A DNA stretch of 27,973 bases from IMG/VR virus record IMGVR_UViG_3300022867_000053, positions 1 to 27,973 of that record; one strand, 5' to 3'. This document shows, piece after piece, positions 17,969 to 27,042 of the stretch. The notes beneath the pieces are model-generated. The model searched no databases, was not told the origin of the DNA, and saw nothing but the letters and a program-made list of their open reading frames with translations. The first letter of the stretch is position 1. Each line of letters opens with the position of its first letter. The translations under genes and the position numbers were made by a program. This stretch comes from a virus (Duplodnaviria; Caudoviricetes).

Positions 17969-18001
17969 AAATAGCCGGAGCTAATACCTTCGGCTATTTT
18001 T
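17969..18001 (+). terminator. Rho-independent terminator
   Basis: AAATAGCCGGAG-7 nt-CTTCGGCTATTT plus Ts. Confidence 0.85.
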
Positions 18002-18009
18002 AATAGTGG

Positions 18010-18038
18010 TTGACATTCAATAGACTTATGTTTATATT
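18010..18038 (+). promoter_or_regulatory. Repeated early promoter, copy 11
   Basis: TTGACA-N17-TATATT. Confidence 0.85.
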
Positions 18039-18074
18039 AATGTATTGATAAAATCGAACAAAATATTCAAAAAA

Positions 18075-18695
18075 ATGACAGATAATTTCGACAAACTAAC
18101 CAACATCCTGAAGTTTGAACCAGGCACCTTTTACCTATTACAGATTATACGAAGAAAAAAGGATAATCCTTATCTAGAATCTAACCGTAAGGTTATTAAA
18201 GAATTTTATATCAATGACCAACAATACCTTGATTCTAAGAAAAATGAAATAAAACTTCTTTGTGCTGATATGAAGGCCAGGGCATATTTGCATATAAACA
18301 AAAAATCTTACAAGGATATTTCATTTACTATGATGGAAAAACTCATAGACATTATACGTCTTGGGGACTATGAAAGGTGCAAGACTGTTTTTAATGCGTC
18401 ATTTGGTAATAAAATAGCAGAAACTAGAGAAACAAAAAGATGGATTATTGATGTAGATGAAAAAGATTTTGCTATTTTTCCCATATACCATCAAGCAATT
18501 TGTCTGTTACCCATAGTAATTAAAAAATTTCAGTCTAAGGACTATGCTTCATTTTGTGAAAGAATAGAAACACCTAATGGCTGTCATATTATAACAAGTC
18601 CTTTTGATGTTAAGAAATTTTCTGAAATGTTAGCTCTTTCGGATATAAAATATTCTTTACATAAAAATAATCCTACTATATTGTATGCACCATGA
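18075..18695 (+). CDS. Phage protein with AEP (primase-polymerase)-like motifs
   Basis: RRKKDN, WIIDVD, TPNGCHII; start moved to ATG 18075. Confidence 0.55.
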   Translation: MTDNFDKLTNILKFEPGTFYLLQIIRRKKDNPYLESNRKVIKEFYINDQQYLDSKKNEIKLLCADMKARAYLHINKKSYKDISFTMMEKLIDIIRLGDYERCKTVFNASFGNKIAETRETKRWIIDVDEKDFAIFPIYHQAICLLPIVIKKFQSKDYASFCERIETPNGCHIITSPFDVKKFSEMLALSDIKYSLHKNNPTILYAP

Positions 18696-19249
18696 ATATT
18701 TTTGTTTTAGACAAGGACCCAAAAACCGCAGCAAAATATCATAATGACAGACACGTAGTTAAAATGATACTTGAAGGTGTTCAGATGATGGCATCACCGT
18801 ATTATACGAATAATGGCGTAGTACAGCGTTCGCAAGCGCATGACTATCAACACCAACTAATAAAAAAATACAGCACCTTTCCACGTGAAAAATTTTATGG
18901 TTTTGGTTACTATTCACATCCTTGTACTAGATGGGTTCAACACTCATATAAAAATTGGATGTGGTTAGCAGACCTTGTTTCGGGTCTTTGTACTGAATAT
19001 GAAATTAGGTATAAAAAGGTTCATGCTTGTAAAGAAGTATTGGACTGGTTTGTAAACAACCCACCAAAAGGACTTAATAATTCATGGCTAACCGAACCTC
19101 TAACAATTCCCGCTAATGCCACAACACTGAAAGAATTTCCCCAATTTAATGATTGGACACAGGCTATAGAAACATATAGAACATATTACAAAACCGATAA
19201 AAAACACTTAGCAAAATGGAAAACTACGATCCCAATATGGTACGAATAA
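18692..19249 (+). CDS. Pyrimidine dimer DNA glycosylase / endonuclease V-like protein
   Basis: MNIFVLD...DRHVVKMILE..QM, HPCTRW, YRTYY..DK. Confidence 0.8.
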   Translation: MNIFVLDKDPKTAAKYHNDRHVVKMILEGVQMMASPYYTNNGVVQRSQAHDYQHQLIKKYSTFPREKFYGFGYYSHPCTRWVQHSYKNWMWLADLVSGLCTEYEIRYKKVHACKEVLDWFVNNPPKGLNNSWLTEPLTIPANATTLKEFPQFNDWTQAIETYRTYYKTDKKHLAKWKTTIPIWYE

Positions 19250-19785
19250 ACGAACAAAATTTAGAACAGTATATCAAGGATGCTGCGAGAACCGTCCGAT
19301 ACCTTGATGATGAAAAATCTGATATGATGCACATGAAGTTAGGCATTTATTCAGAAATTGGAGAACTTGTAGACGCATTCAAAAAAAATTTCGTATATGG
19401 TAAAGATCTTGATTTAGTAAATATAGGCGAAGAACTAGGAGATATTGCTTGGTATTTAGCGAACACATTAACTATCATGGATCTAAAAATTAAATCATTT
19501 GATGTTATGTTGCCCAGAAAAAACAAAATTGTTTTTGATCTGGAAGAAATAATTGTTGCTCTTGAATATATTATGAAAAAATATAGTCAAGGCATTTATA
19601 ATAGCCAAACTATTTTCTTTTGCTTTTTGCTTTTAGAAGAAATAGGTTGGTCTTATGGTATTGACCTTATTACTTGTATGGAAAAAAATATCGCAAAACT
19701 TAAAATAAGGTATCCTGAAAAATGGACTCAGGACTTAGCAACAAATAGAAATTTAGATGCAGAAAGATCTGCGTTGGAGAAATAA
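19216..19785 (+). CDS. MazG-like nucleotide pyrophosphohydrolase (start possibly 19237)
   Basis: SEIGELVD, EELGDIAWY, NIAKLKIRYP. Confidence 0.85.
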   Translation: MENYDPNMVRINEQNLEQYIKDAARTVRYLDDEKSDMMHMKLGIYSEIGELVDAFKKNFVYGKDLDLVNIGEELGDIAWYLANTLTIMDLKIKSFDVMLPRKNKIVFDLEEIIVALEYIMKKYSQGIYNSQTIFFCFLLLEEIGWSYGIDLITCMEKNIAKLKIRYPEKWTQDLATNRNLDAERSALEK

Positions 19786-19787
19786 AA

Positions 19788-20063
19788 ATGATTAGAACAG
19801 ATAAAATACTTATAGAAAAACTTGACGGTATATTGATGAATGAAAGTTCTATAAAGGAACGACTTGGTGAAGTAATAAGACTAGGGAATTTACGTATCGA
19901 AAAACTTTCTCGTCAGGTAAAAACAAAAACTATAGACAAAGCCATGGCTGCTTATTGGGATCGAATATTTGAGGCCGAAAATCTGATAGGTATTAAATAT
20001 ACTAACGAAGACGGATATTCTCGTTATCCTGTTCACGTATTTAAAAAATTCAGATCGTTATAA
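19788..20063 (+). CDS. Hypothetical protein
   Basis: 91-aa closely packed ORF. Confidence 0.7.
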   Translation: MIRTDKILIEKLDGILMNESSIKERLGEVIRLGNLRIEKLSRQVKTKTIDKAMAAYWDRIFEAENLIGIKYTNEDGYSRYPVHVFKKFRSL

Positions 20064-20066
20064 ATA
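20059..20066 (+). promoter_or_regulatory. T4-type late promoter
   Basis: TATAAATA upstream of the FmdB/PhoH genes. Confidence 0.45.
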
Positions 20067-20103
20067 ATTCAAACGGCATTGCCGTAAAAATAAAACAAAA
20101 CCT

Positions 20104-20352
20104 ATGCCTATCTATACGTACAAATGTAGTTCTTGTGGTATGTCATTCGAGAAATTTACTACCATTTCTCGGCGCGGTGACCCACTAGAAGACCCTTGTC
20201 CAACGTGCAATTCAGAAAAAACACTAGAACGTGCAATACAAACTACACAAATAGTTTCAGGACTTGCTCTAAAAGACAAGAGACCCGACGGCTTTCGAGA
20301 AGTTCTACGGGGCATAAAAAAATCACATCCTAACGGTGGCATGGAAGTTTAA
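20104..20352 (+). CDS. FmdB-family zinc-ribbon protein
   Basis: MPIYTYKCSSC...CPTC. Confidence 0.88.
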   Translation: MPIYTYKCSSCGMSFEKFTTISRRGDPLEDPCPTCNSEKTLERAIQTTQIVSGLALKDKRPDGFREVLRGIKKSHPNGGMEV

Positions 20353-20393
20353 TAGCAGTGCTTTAAGAGAAACTAAAAAAACTAATCTTAAGT

Positions 20394-21116
20394 ATGCCGA
20401 AAAATAAAAAAACAAAACCTACTTATAATAGGTCGTCCTCATTTACAACTAATATGAGTCTCGCTCGAATATCACCATTGACTAATAATCAATCTAAGGT
20501 TTTTGATTCATATTACACAGGAAAAAATATTGTTATGCACGGCCTAGCTGGTACAGGAAAAACTTTTATTTCTACGTATTTGGCACTAGAAACATTATTT
20601 GATTCTGATAATAACTATAAAAAAGTCTGTTTTGTACGTTCGGTTGTTCCTACCAGGGATATGGGATTTATGCCAGGCACCGAATCTGAAAAAATTCAGG
20701 TTTACGAGAAACCTTATATTAGTATAGTAAATGAATTACTAAATAGAGGAGATGCTTACGAAATTCTTAAAAAGAAAAAACAAATAGAATTCATGAGCAC
20801 ATCTTTTATACGAGGAATTACTTTCAGTAATACACTGATTATCGTGGATGAAGCTACAAATATGTCTGGGCATGAACTTGACTCGGTAATAACTAGGGTC
20901 GGCGATAATTGTAGGATATTATTTTGTGGCGATATGCGACAATCTGACTTAACCAATTTTAACGAAAAAAGAACAACTTCTGATTTCCTACATATTATGG
21001 AAAATGTTCCTGGCTTCGATTTTATTGAGTTTGGTATAGATGATATAGTACGTTCTGAATTAGTAAAAAATTATATCATAGCAAAATATAATTATCAAAT
21101 GAAGGAAGCAGTTTAA
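20394..21116 (+). CDS. phoH: PhoH-family ATPase
   Basis: GLAGTGKT, GFMPG, FIRGITF, DEA, GD..QSDL, DIVRS. Confidence 0.93.
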   Translation: MPKNKKTKPTYNRSSSFTTNMSLARISPLTNNQSKVFDSYYTGKNIVMHGLAGTGKTFISTYLALETLFDSDNNYKKVCFVRSVVPTRDMGFMPGTESEKIQVYEKPYISIVNELLNRGDAYEILKKKKQIEFMSTSFIRGITFSNTLIIVDEATNMSGHELDSVITRVGDNCRILFCGDMRQSDLTNFNEKRTTSDFLHIMENVPGFDFIEFGIDDIVRSELVKNYIIAKYNYQMKEAV

Positions 21117-21123
21117 CACCCAC

Positions 21124-21150
21124 GGGTGGTTGTATACAAATCAACCACCC
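21124..21150. other. GC-rich intergenic hairpin
   Basis: GGGTGGTTG-9 nt-CAACCACCC with no immediate T-tail. Confidence 0.6.
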
Positions 21151-21171
21151 ATAATTTTTAGAAAATATAAA

Positions 21172-21834
21172 ATGTTCAATCACATACCAACAAAACTAGA
21201 GACCATATCTAGAGTTGAAACAGGCAAAAGGTTTTATCAAACACCCGACGGAAAAAGGTACCCTTCCATCACTACAGTTTTAGGGTCTGTTAGCGATAAA
21301 AGTTTTTTAGTAAAATGGAGAGCTAGAATAGGAGAAAAAGAAGCAGATAAAATCAGTAAATCATCTGCTGCTAGAGGTACCTTAAATCATCAGTTGTGGG
21401 AAAAATACCTATACAATGAAGCTATTGATACTGAAGAGATGATGCCTGCTACTAGAGAATCTTTTTTACAATTAACGAAAATTTTTGATACATCTGTCGA
21501 GAATATTCGTATATTAGAAGGGAAATTAATATCACACCTTATAAAGGTTGGCGGAACAGTTGATTGTGTGGCCGATTTTAATAAGGTAACTTCTATTATT
21601 GATTTTAAAACTTCTCTTAGGGAAAAGAAAAGAGAATGGATTAGTGGTTACTTTAAACAAGCAACTGCTTATTCTATTATGTTAGAGGAAATGACAGGAA
21701 TCAGAACTGAACAAGTTGTTATATGTATTCAGGTACAAGAAACAGGTCAGCCACAGATTTTTATTGATGATCCTTTGAATTGGATTGATTCCCTACAAGA
21801 AGATATTAATAACTACTACAAACTTTACAGATAA
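21172..21834 (+). CDS. PD-(D/E)XK exonuclease
   Basis: RFYQTPDG..YPSITTVL, RGT..H, GTVD, IIDFKTS, Q..AY; start moved to ATG 21172. Confidence 0.88.
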   Translation: MFNHIPTKLETISRVETGKRFYQTPDGKRYPSITTVLGSVSDKSFLVKWRARIGEKEADKISKSSAARGTLNHQLWEKYLYNEAIDTEEMMPATRESFLQLTKIFDTSVENIRILEGKLISHLIKVGGTVDCVADFNKVTSIIDFKTSLREKKREWISGYFKQATAYSIMLEEMTGIRTEQVVICIQVQETGQPQIFIDDPLNWIDSLQEDINNYYKLYR

Positions 21835-22064
21835 TGCCACTAAATATATTAAATAACGAAGAATTTTCTTCAACTATAAGAAAAATAATGAAAAAGAAAA
21901 ATGTAAATGCTATGGAGGCTATAGTTATACATTGCGAAGAAAAAGAATTAGACGAAGATATTGCTGCTTCATTAATTGATGCAGACCTTTATGGTAGAAT
22001 CCACGAAGAAGCTCAGCGATTGCATTTGATACAACCCGAACAAAGTCTACCGTTTGATGTATAA
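21834..22064 (+). CDS. 33: Late transcription co-activator, T4 gp33-like
   Basis: FS..I......MEAIV..CEE...I..EA..L pattern; 33-59-32 synteny. Confidence 0.82.
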   Translation: MPLNILNNEEFSSTIRKIMKKKNVNAMEAIVIHCEEKELDEDIAASLIDADLYGRIHEEAQRLHLIQPEQSLPFDV

Positions 22065-22677
22065 AACCTCAGAGTGCTATCAAGATTATGTTGCTATAAA
22101 ATTACACTTTTCTGGTTCTTATGACTATCAAAAATATAACGGCAAGACTCGCATAAAGGGTAAAAATCTAACAGAGGTTCAGTTATACATATTTAAAAAA
22201 ATATCATCAAAATATTCTAGGGAATTAATTGTTTATTATTTTGCCAGAAAATTTTATGAAAATCCTAAATTTTGGATTATATCACAGCCCGTGGATAGAA
22301 TTACTAAGGAACTGAATGAACTAAAATCTTTTTTCGAATCATTCGAATATAAGGTTGCTCAGGAATTGGATAAATTAATTAATGGAGGTATGGCTGAATT
22401 AGGAGATAAAGGACAAATTAAAGACCTATTCACGACAACTGATAATAGTTTCTGTTTCATAGCAAAAAAATTAATTGCAAATGAGGTATCCTTGGAACTA
22501 TTCTATGTATTGAATGATACTTTTAATCTTTTATCAGTTTGGGAAAAATACTTGAAAAAAGATTTGATTTTTAAAGATATATTGATTAAATTTAATAACT
22601 TTAAACCATTCGGTGTCTCTATGATTGTCAGCGACCCGAATAAATACAAGACTACAATCAAAACTATTATATCATGA
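22057..22677 (+). CDS. 59: Helicase loader, T4 gp59-like
   Basis: Y.AIKLHF..YDY.KYNGK; synteny. Confidence 0.85.
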   Translation: MYKTSECYQDYVAIKLHFSGSYDYQKYNGKTRIKGKNLTEVQLYIFKKISSKYSRELIVYYFARKFYENPKFWIISQPVDRITKELNELKSFFESFEYKVAQELDKLINGGMAELGDKGQIKDLFTTTDNSFCFIAKKLIANEVSLELFYVLNDTFNLLSVWEKYLKKDLIFKDILIKFNNFKPFGVSMIVSDPNKYKTTIKTIIS

Positions 22678-22725
22678 GAACTGTGGATAATACTTATACA
22701 AAAAACATACAAAAAACAAGTAAAT

Positions 22726-23628
22726 ATGGACTTTAAAAGCCTTAAGAAAAATAGAAAATCTGCCTTTGAGCAATTAGCAGATAATATGGAAAAAACCAAA
22801 GGTGGTAACTACGGAAACGACTTACCTCTATGGTCAATTACAAGAGATAAAGCAGGAAACGGACAGGCTATAATTCGTTTTTTACCGACAAAAGACGAAG
22901 ATATTCCTTGGGTTCGATTATTTTCCCATGCTTTTCAAGATAAAGGCGGCTGGTATATAGAAAATTCTTTAACCACACTAGAGCGTAAAGACCCACTAGG
23001 TGAGTGGAATCAATACCTTTGGGGATTAGGCGAAGACAAATATAAGGATCTTGCTAGAAAACAGAAAAGACGTCTACATTACTATTCTAATATTTACGTT
23101 GTAAATGACCCAGCAAACCCAGATAATAATGGAAAGGTATTTTTATACAAATTTGGTAAAACTATTTTTTCTATGCTTAATGATTTAATGCACCCAGAGT
23201 TTGATGATGAAAATCCTGTGAATCCTTTTGATTTATGGGAAGGTTCTAATCTGAGGTTACGTATCAGAAATTCTGATGGTTATCCTTCATACGACAAATC
23301 CACATTTGATACAGCAGGACCTGTGAATCAGCATGAAGGCGGTCCGATGGAAGATACACAGTTAGAAGAACTGTATAATAGTACACATTCACTACAGCAA
23401 ATTGTTGATGATTCAAAATTCAAAACTTATGAAGAATTATTAACTAGACTTAATAAGGTATTGGGATTCAATTCTCAAGCTAAAATTAAGGGCGTGCAAG
23501 CAAACCTAGAAGATGAACAAACGGAAGCAGAACCGATACCTGAATCAAAACCTAAGCCGGTAAAAAAGGCGGAAGTAAGTGAAGATGAAGATGAGGATCC
23601 AATGTCCTTTTTCGACTCCTTAGGTTAA
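22726..23628 (+). CDS. 32: Single-stranded DNA-binding protein, T4 gp32-like
   Basis: DKAGNG.AIIRFLP, WYIENSLTT, NNGKVFLYKFGK, YDKS.F, acidic tail. Confidence 0.96.
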   Translation: MDFKSLKKNRKSAFEQLADNMEKTKGGNYGNDLPLWSITRDKAGNGQAIIRFLPTKDEDIPWVRLFSHAFQDKGGWYIENSLTTLERKDPLGEWNQYLWGLGEDKYKDLARKQKRRLHYYSNIYVVNDPANPDNNGKVFLYKFGKTIFSMLNDLMHPEFDDENPVNPFDLWEGSNLRLRIRNSDGYPSYDKSTFDTAGPVNQHEGGPMEDTQLEELYNSTHSLQQIVDDSKFKTYEELLTRLNKVLGFNSQAKIKGVQANLEDEQTEAEPIPESKPKPVKKAEVSEDEDEDPMSFFDSLG

Positions 23629-23675
23629 AAATAAGTTCGTATAAATAACTGCATATACCTTATGTGGTTACGGAC

Positions 23676-23712
23676 TAAGGCAAATGCAGTGAAATGTATT
23701 TGCCTTTTTTTA
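23676..23712. terminator. Terminator between convergent gene 32 and the tail module
   Basis: AAGGCAAATGCA-6 nt-TGTATTTGCCTT plus T-run. Confidence 0.8.
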
Positions 23713-23713
23713 G

Positions 23714-26700
23714 TTAAAAAGCCCCCGAAATTCTAGGTGCTGTTGCAGACATACCAGAAGACATATAGGTATTATTATTCTGATTATTTGCTATAGTAGA
23801 GTTGTTATTTGATGTATTATTGTGAGAACTTATTCTAGTTGCCTTTTCTTTTACGTCCGATGTTTGTTCCCTTTTAGCATCCATGGTCAATGTTGTCATT
23901 AATGCTTTAGAACTAGAATTGGAAATATCAATTGATTCCTCTATATTATTATCAGCCATACCTGAAGCCTTAAAAATACCTTTAAAGAATTCTTCAATTA
24001 ATGATATCTTAGGCTTTTCCGCTTCTTTTAATTGACTTGTTTTTTCTTCCGATACTTCACTATCATCTAATACCTCGGTTTCTTTTTTCTTTGAGAGGTA
24101 TACCTGTTCGCTAGAATTTAAAGTATTCTCGTATGCTGTTTTAGTATCAATAGAATTTTTACTATCAGCCTCCATCAAATCGGTCGTAATACGTTTCAGT
24201 TTCTTTTTTGCTCTTTCGTATGTTGATGAATCCCCGGACGCAGCGGCATCTTTAACATTAACTAAAGCATCATTAAATTTTTCCGATAATTTTTTAGTTT
24301 TTTCTATATTATCTTTGCGTTCCTTTTCGGCCTTTTCTTCTTCCGTATCAATTATACCTAATGACCTACCTTTTTCTAACAGCCATGAACCTGCAGCCTT
24401 AAAAGGTTTTGCTAATTTTTCTAAAACACCGACCAATTTACCGAATACACCTTTAACCAAATCAAAAATACTACCAAATACCTCAAACACTTTATCTATA
24501 CTATCGCCTATAAGTGTTTGGAATGAAAATCCATCCATGGCTTCTGACACACCATCAAAACCAAGTTTTTCCATTATCCATGAAACCGCATCCTTCAGTA
24601 AATCAAGCGGTAAACCTACCAGGCCATTAATAATTTCAGTAATACCACCTTTAAGACCTCCGAGTATTCCATCTTCCTTAAATCCTTGAATAAATCCTTT
24701 TATACCATCAAAAGCAGCCATAATTACTCCAAGAACACCACTAAACCTACCGAACAATTTAGCAAACTTAAATATTTTACCTGCTATAGCAGATTTACCC
24801 ATAAGGGAACTAAATACACCAGAAATTTTACCGAAAACAGATTTTACCGAATTTATTATTTTACCGAATATTGAACTAATTGACTTTATTACCTTATTAT
24901 TTTTTATCATGGTTATCAAACCCGAGAAGACAGATTTAATTTTACCGAATATTGAACTAATTGACTTTATTATTTTACCGAATATTGAACTAATTGACTT
25001 TATTACCTTATTATTTTTTATCATGGTTATCAAACCCGAGAAGACAGATTTAATTTTACCGAATATTGAACTAATTGACTTTATTACCTTATTATTTTTT
25101 ATCATGGTTATCAAACCCGAGAAGACAGATTTAATTTTACCGAAAAATTTTGAGATAAATTTTCCTATTTTACTTTTTTTGACCACAGAAATTGCTCGGG
25201 TAAACATCTTACCTATCACTGAAAATAAATCCTTAAACACACCGAAGAATCCCATAGCAAAACCAACAATTCCAGCACCTATTGCTGTAATGATACCCAT
25301 AGGACCCGATAAAAGCCCCATAAGCATACCAACAATACCACCTTTTTCTTCTTCTTTATCGCCAACACCTGACTTCTGATCTCTAATGTCGGTTAATAAA
25401 TCAATGATAGGTTCCCAAACATTTTCGAACATATCCCTAGATTCTTCGCCTTTATCTTGTGTATCTAAAAGACTACTTTCGTTTTGTTCTCTTGAGTTTT
25501 CATTGGTCTTTTCAATTTCTGCTTTAATTTCGGGTACCACTGAGGCAATTTGTTGTAGTAAATCGTCGGGTATTGATTCTGATTCTGACCCAAAAAGACT
25601 TTCAATATTAGATAATTTCTTTACTTCTGGTTCTCTTCTAGAAATTTGAACCATTGTTTCCTCTTGAATTGATGCCGACTGAGGAAGTTCATCATTTTGC
25701 ATTTCTAAAAAACTAACTACATTATCATAATCTTGATCTTCTTGATATACTAGTTCTTTGCCACGTTGAGCAGCCAAACTCTTTAGGAGATCTATACTAT
25801 CGGTTAATTTATTCGATATATTATCTGTATTCGATATACTATCATCTTTATTCGATATACTATCGGTTAATTTATTCGATATACTATCGGTTAATTTATT
25901 CGATATATTATCTGTATTCGATATATTATCTGTATTCGATATACTATTATCTGTATTCGATATACTATCATCTTTATTCGATATACTATCGGTTAATTTA
26001 TTCGATATATTATCTGTATTCGATATACTATTATCTGTATTCGATATACTATTATCTGTATTCGATATACTATCATCTTTATTCGATATACTATCGGTTA
26101 ATTTATTCGATATATTATCTGTATTATTTCTAGTTTCTTTAGTTTCTTCTAAGAGTTTTACTGTATCTCCAGTATTATTTCTAGTTTCGTCTGAAACCAC
26201 TAGTTCATCTTCCGAAATTTGTCTAGATTTTATTCGGTCTTGTATATCTTTTTTCGCTTGAATTATTCGTAACTTTCTATCCTTACGCTCAGTAACAAAT
26301 CTACGGGTATTCATAAACGTATTCTTAGCACCGTCTATTACAAAATTTGTTAATCCTGTTACTAATGGATTGTTATCAGAGAAAAAAGCAGCAGCATTTT
26401 TCGTTAGTGTCTCAGTTTTTTCTAATGCTTGAGATCCTACCTTTTTGAATGATTCTAATAATACGGGATAAAGTCCTAATGACTTTTTTAGTATAGCATT
26501 GGATTGTTCTATATATTTTATGAGAATTTCTTGTTCGTCACCATCTACATCAGATGAGGCTAATATAGCCTTTTTTAATTCTGTTAGTGTTTCTAATAAA
26601 GCACTTTGGTCTTCTTTTGAACTATTACCACCAGCAGCCTCTTCTAATGTCTGAATAATATTAATACCTAAGGAATCAGCAACATTGCTTGTATTACTAT

Positions 26701-26857
26701 CATTCAGTTCGGTCGAAAAGTTATCTATAATACTTTTCATAGATAACCGAAACTTATCCGATTTTTTATCATCTGATTCTTGAAAATTATCTAAAGCAAC
26801 TTGATTTTGTTGCTTTAGATTTTCAATTAAGGAATTAAATGTTTTTTTATTTTCCAC
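23714..26857 (-). CDS. Tape-measure / gp29-like baseplate hub protein
   Basis: 1047 aa, helical, Gly-rich hydrophobic segments, F-periodic repeats; lies downstream of gp26/gp51; GTG start overlaps the gp51 TAG. Confidence 0.7.
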   Translation of the reverse strand: MENKKTFNSLIENLKQQNQVALDNFQESDDKKSDKFRLSMKSIIDNFSTELNDSNTSNVADSLGINIIQTLEEAAGGNSSKEDQSALLETLTELKKAILASSDVDGDEQEILIKYIEQSNAILKKSLGLYPVLLESFKKVGSQALEKTETLTKNAAAFFSDNNPLVTGLTNFVIDGAKNTFMNTRRFVTERKDRKLRIIQAKKDIQDRIKSRQISEDELVVSDETRNNTGDTVKLLEETKETRNNTDNISNKLTDSISNKDDSISNTDNSISNTDNSISNTDNISNKLTDSISNKDDSISNTDNSISNTDNISNTDNISNKLTDSISNKLTDSISNKDDSISNTDNISNKLTDSIDLLKSLAAQRGKELVYQEDQDYDNVVSFLEMQNDELPQSASIQEETMVQISRREPEVKKLSNIESLFGSESESIPDDLLQQIASVVPEIKAEIEKTNENSREQNESSLLDTQDKGEESRDMFENVWEPIIDLLTDIRDQKSGVGDKEEEKGGIVGMLMGLLSGPMGIITAIGAGIVGFAMGFFGVFKDLFSVIGKMFTRAISVVKKSKIGKFISKFFGKIKSVFSGLITMIKNNKVIKSISSIFGKIKSVFSGLITMIKNNKVIKSISSIFGKIIKSISSIFGKIKSVFSGLITMIKNNKVIKSISSIFGKIINSVKSVFGKISGVFSSLMGKSAIAGKIFKFAKLFGRFSGVLGVIMAAFDGIKGFIQGFKEDGILGGLKGGITEIINGLVGLPLDLLKDAVSWIMEKLGFDGVSEAMDGFSFQTLIGDSIDKVFEVFGSIFDLVKGVFGKLVGVLEKLAKPFKAAGSWLLEKGRSLGIIDTEEEKAEKERKDNIEKTKKLSEKFNDALVNVKDAAASGDSSTYERAKKKLKRITTDLMEADSKNSIDTKTAYENTLNSSEQVYLSKKKETEVLDDSEVSEEKTSQLKEAEKPKISLIEEFFKGIFKASGMADNNIEESIDISNSSSKALMTTLTMDAKREQTSDVKEKATRISSHNNTSNNNSTIANNQNNNTYMSSGMSATAPRISGAF
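24859..25143 (-). repeat. 81-nt (27-aa) in-frame repeat x3 plus a 33-nt subrepeat
   Basis: KIKSVFSGLITMIKNNKVIKSISSIFG, identical at DNA level. Confidence 0.9.
25792..26122 (-). repeat. In-frame low-complexity repeats (ISNKLTDS / ISNKDDS / ISNTDN)
   Basis: TTCGATATA-anchored units on the + strand. Confidence 0.9.
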
Positions 26858-27042
26858 TATGATTTTGCTTTTTGGTTTTCTTTTTCTATATAATCATTTA
26901 ACAATGAAATATAGATATCCCTTTCATAAGGTATTAACATCTCGAGTTCATGTAAAGAATATTTATGATGCTGCATTAGTTGAAATGTTAATATATAATA
27001 GTTGGCCAGGGAATTATGTCCTAGCCCTAACCGAAAAAACTG
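26857..27042 (-). CDS. 51: gp51-like baseplate hub assembly protein frame, missed by the ORF track; probably reached by -1 frameshift from gp26
   Basis: HNSLANYYILTFQLMQHHKYSLHELEMLIPYERDIYISLL; first ATG only at 26976. Confidence 0.8.
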   Translation of the reverse strand, partial: QFFRLGLGHNSLANYYILTFQLMQHHKYSLHELEMLIPYERDIYISLLNDYIEKENQKAKS

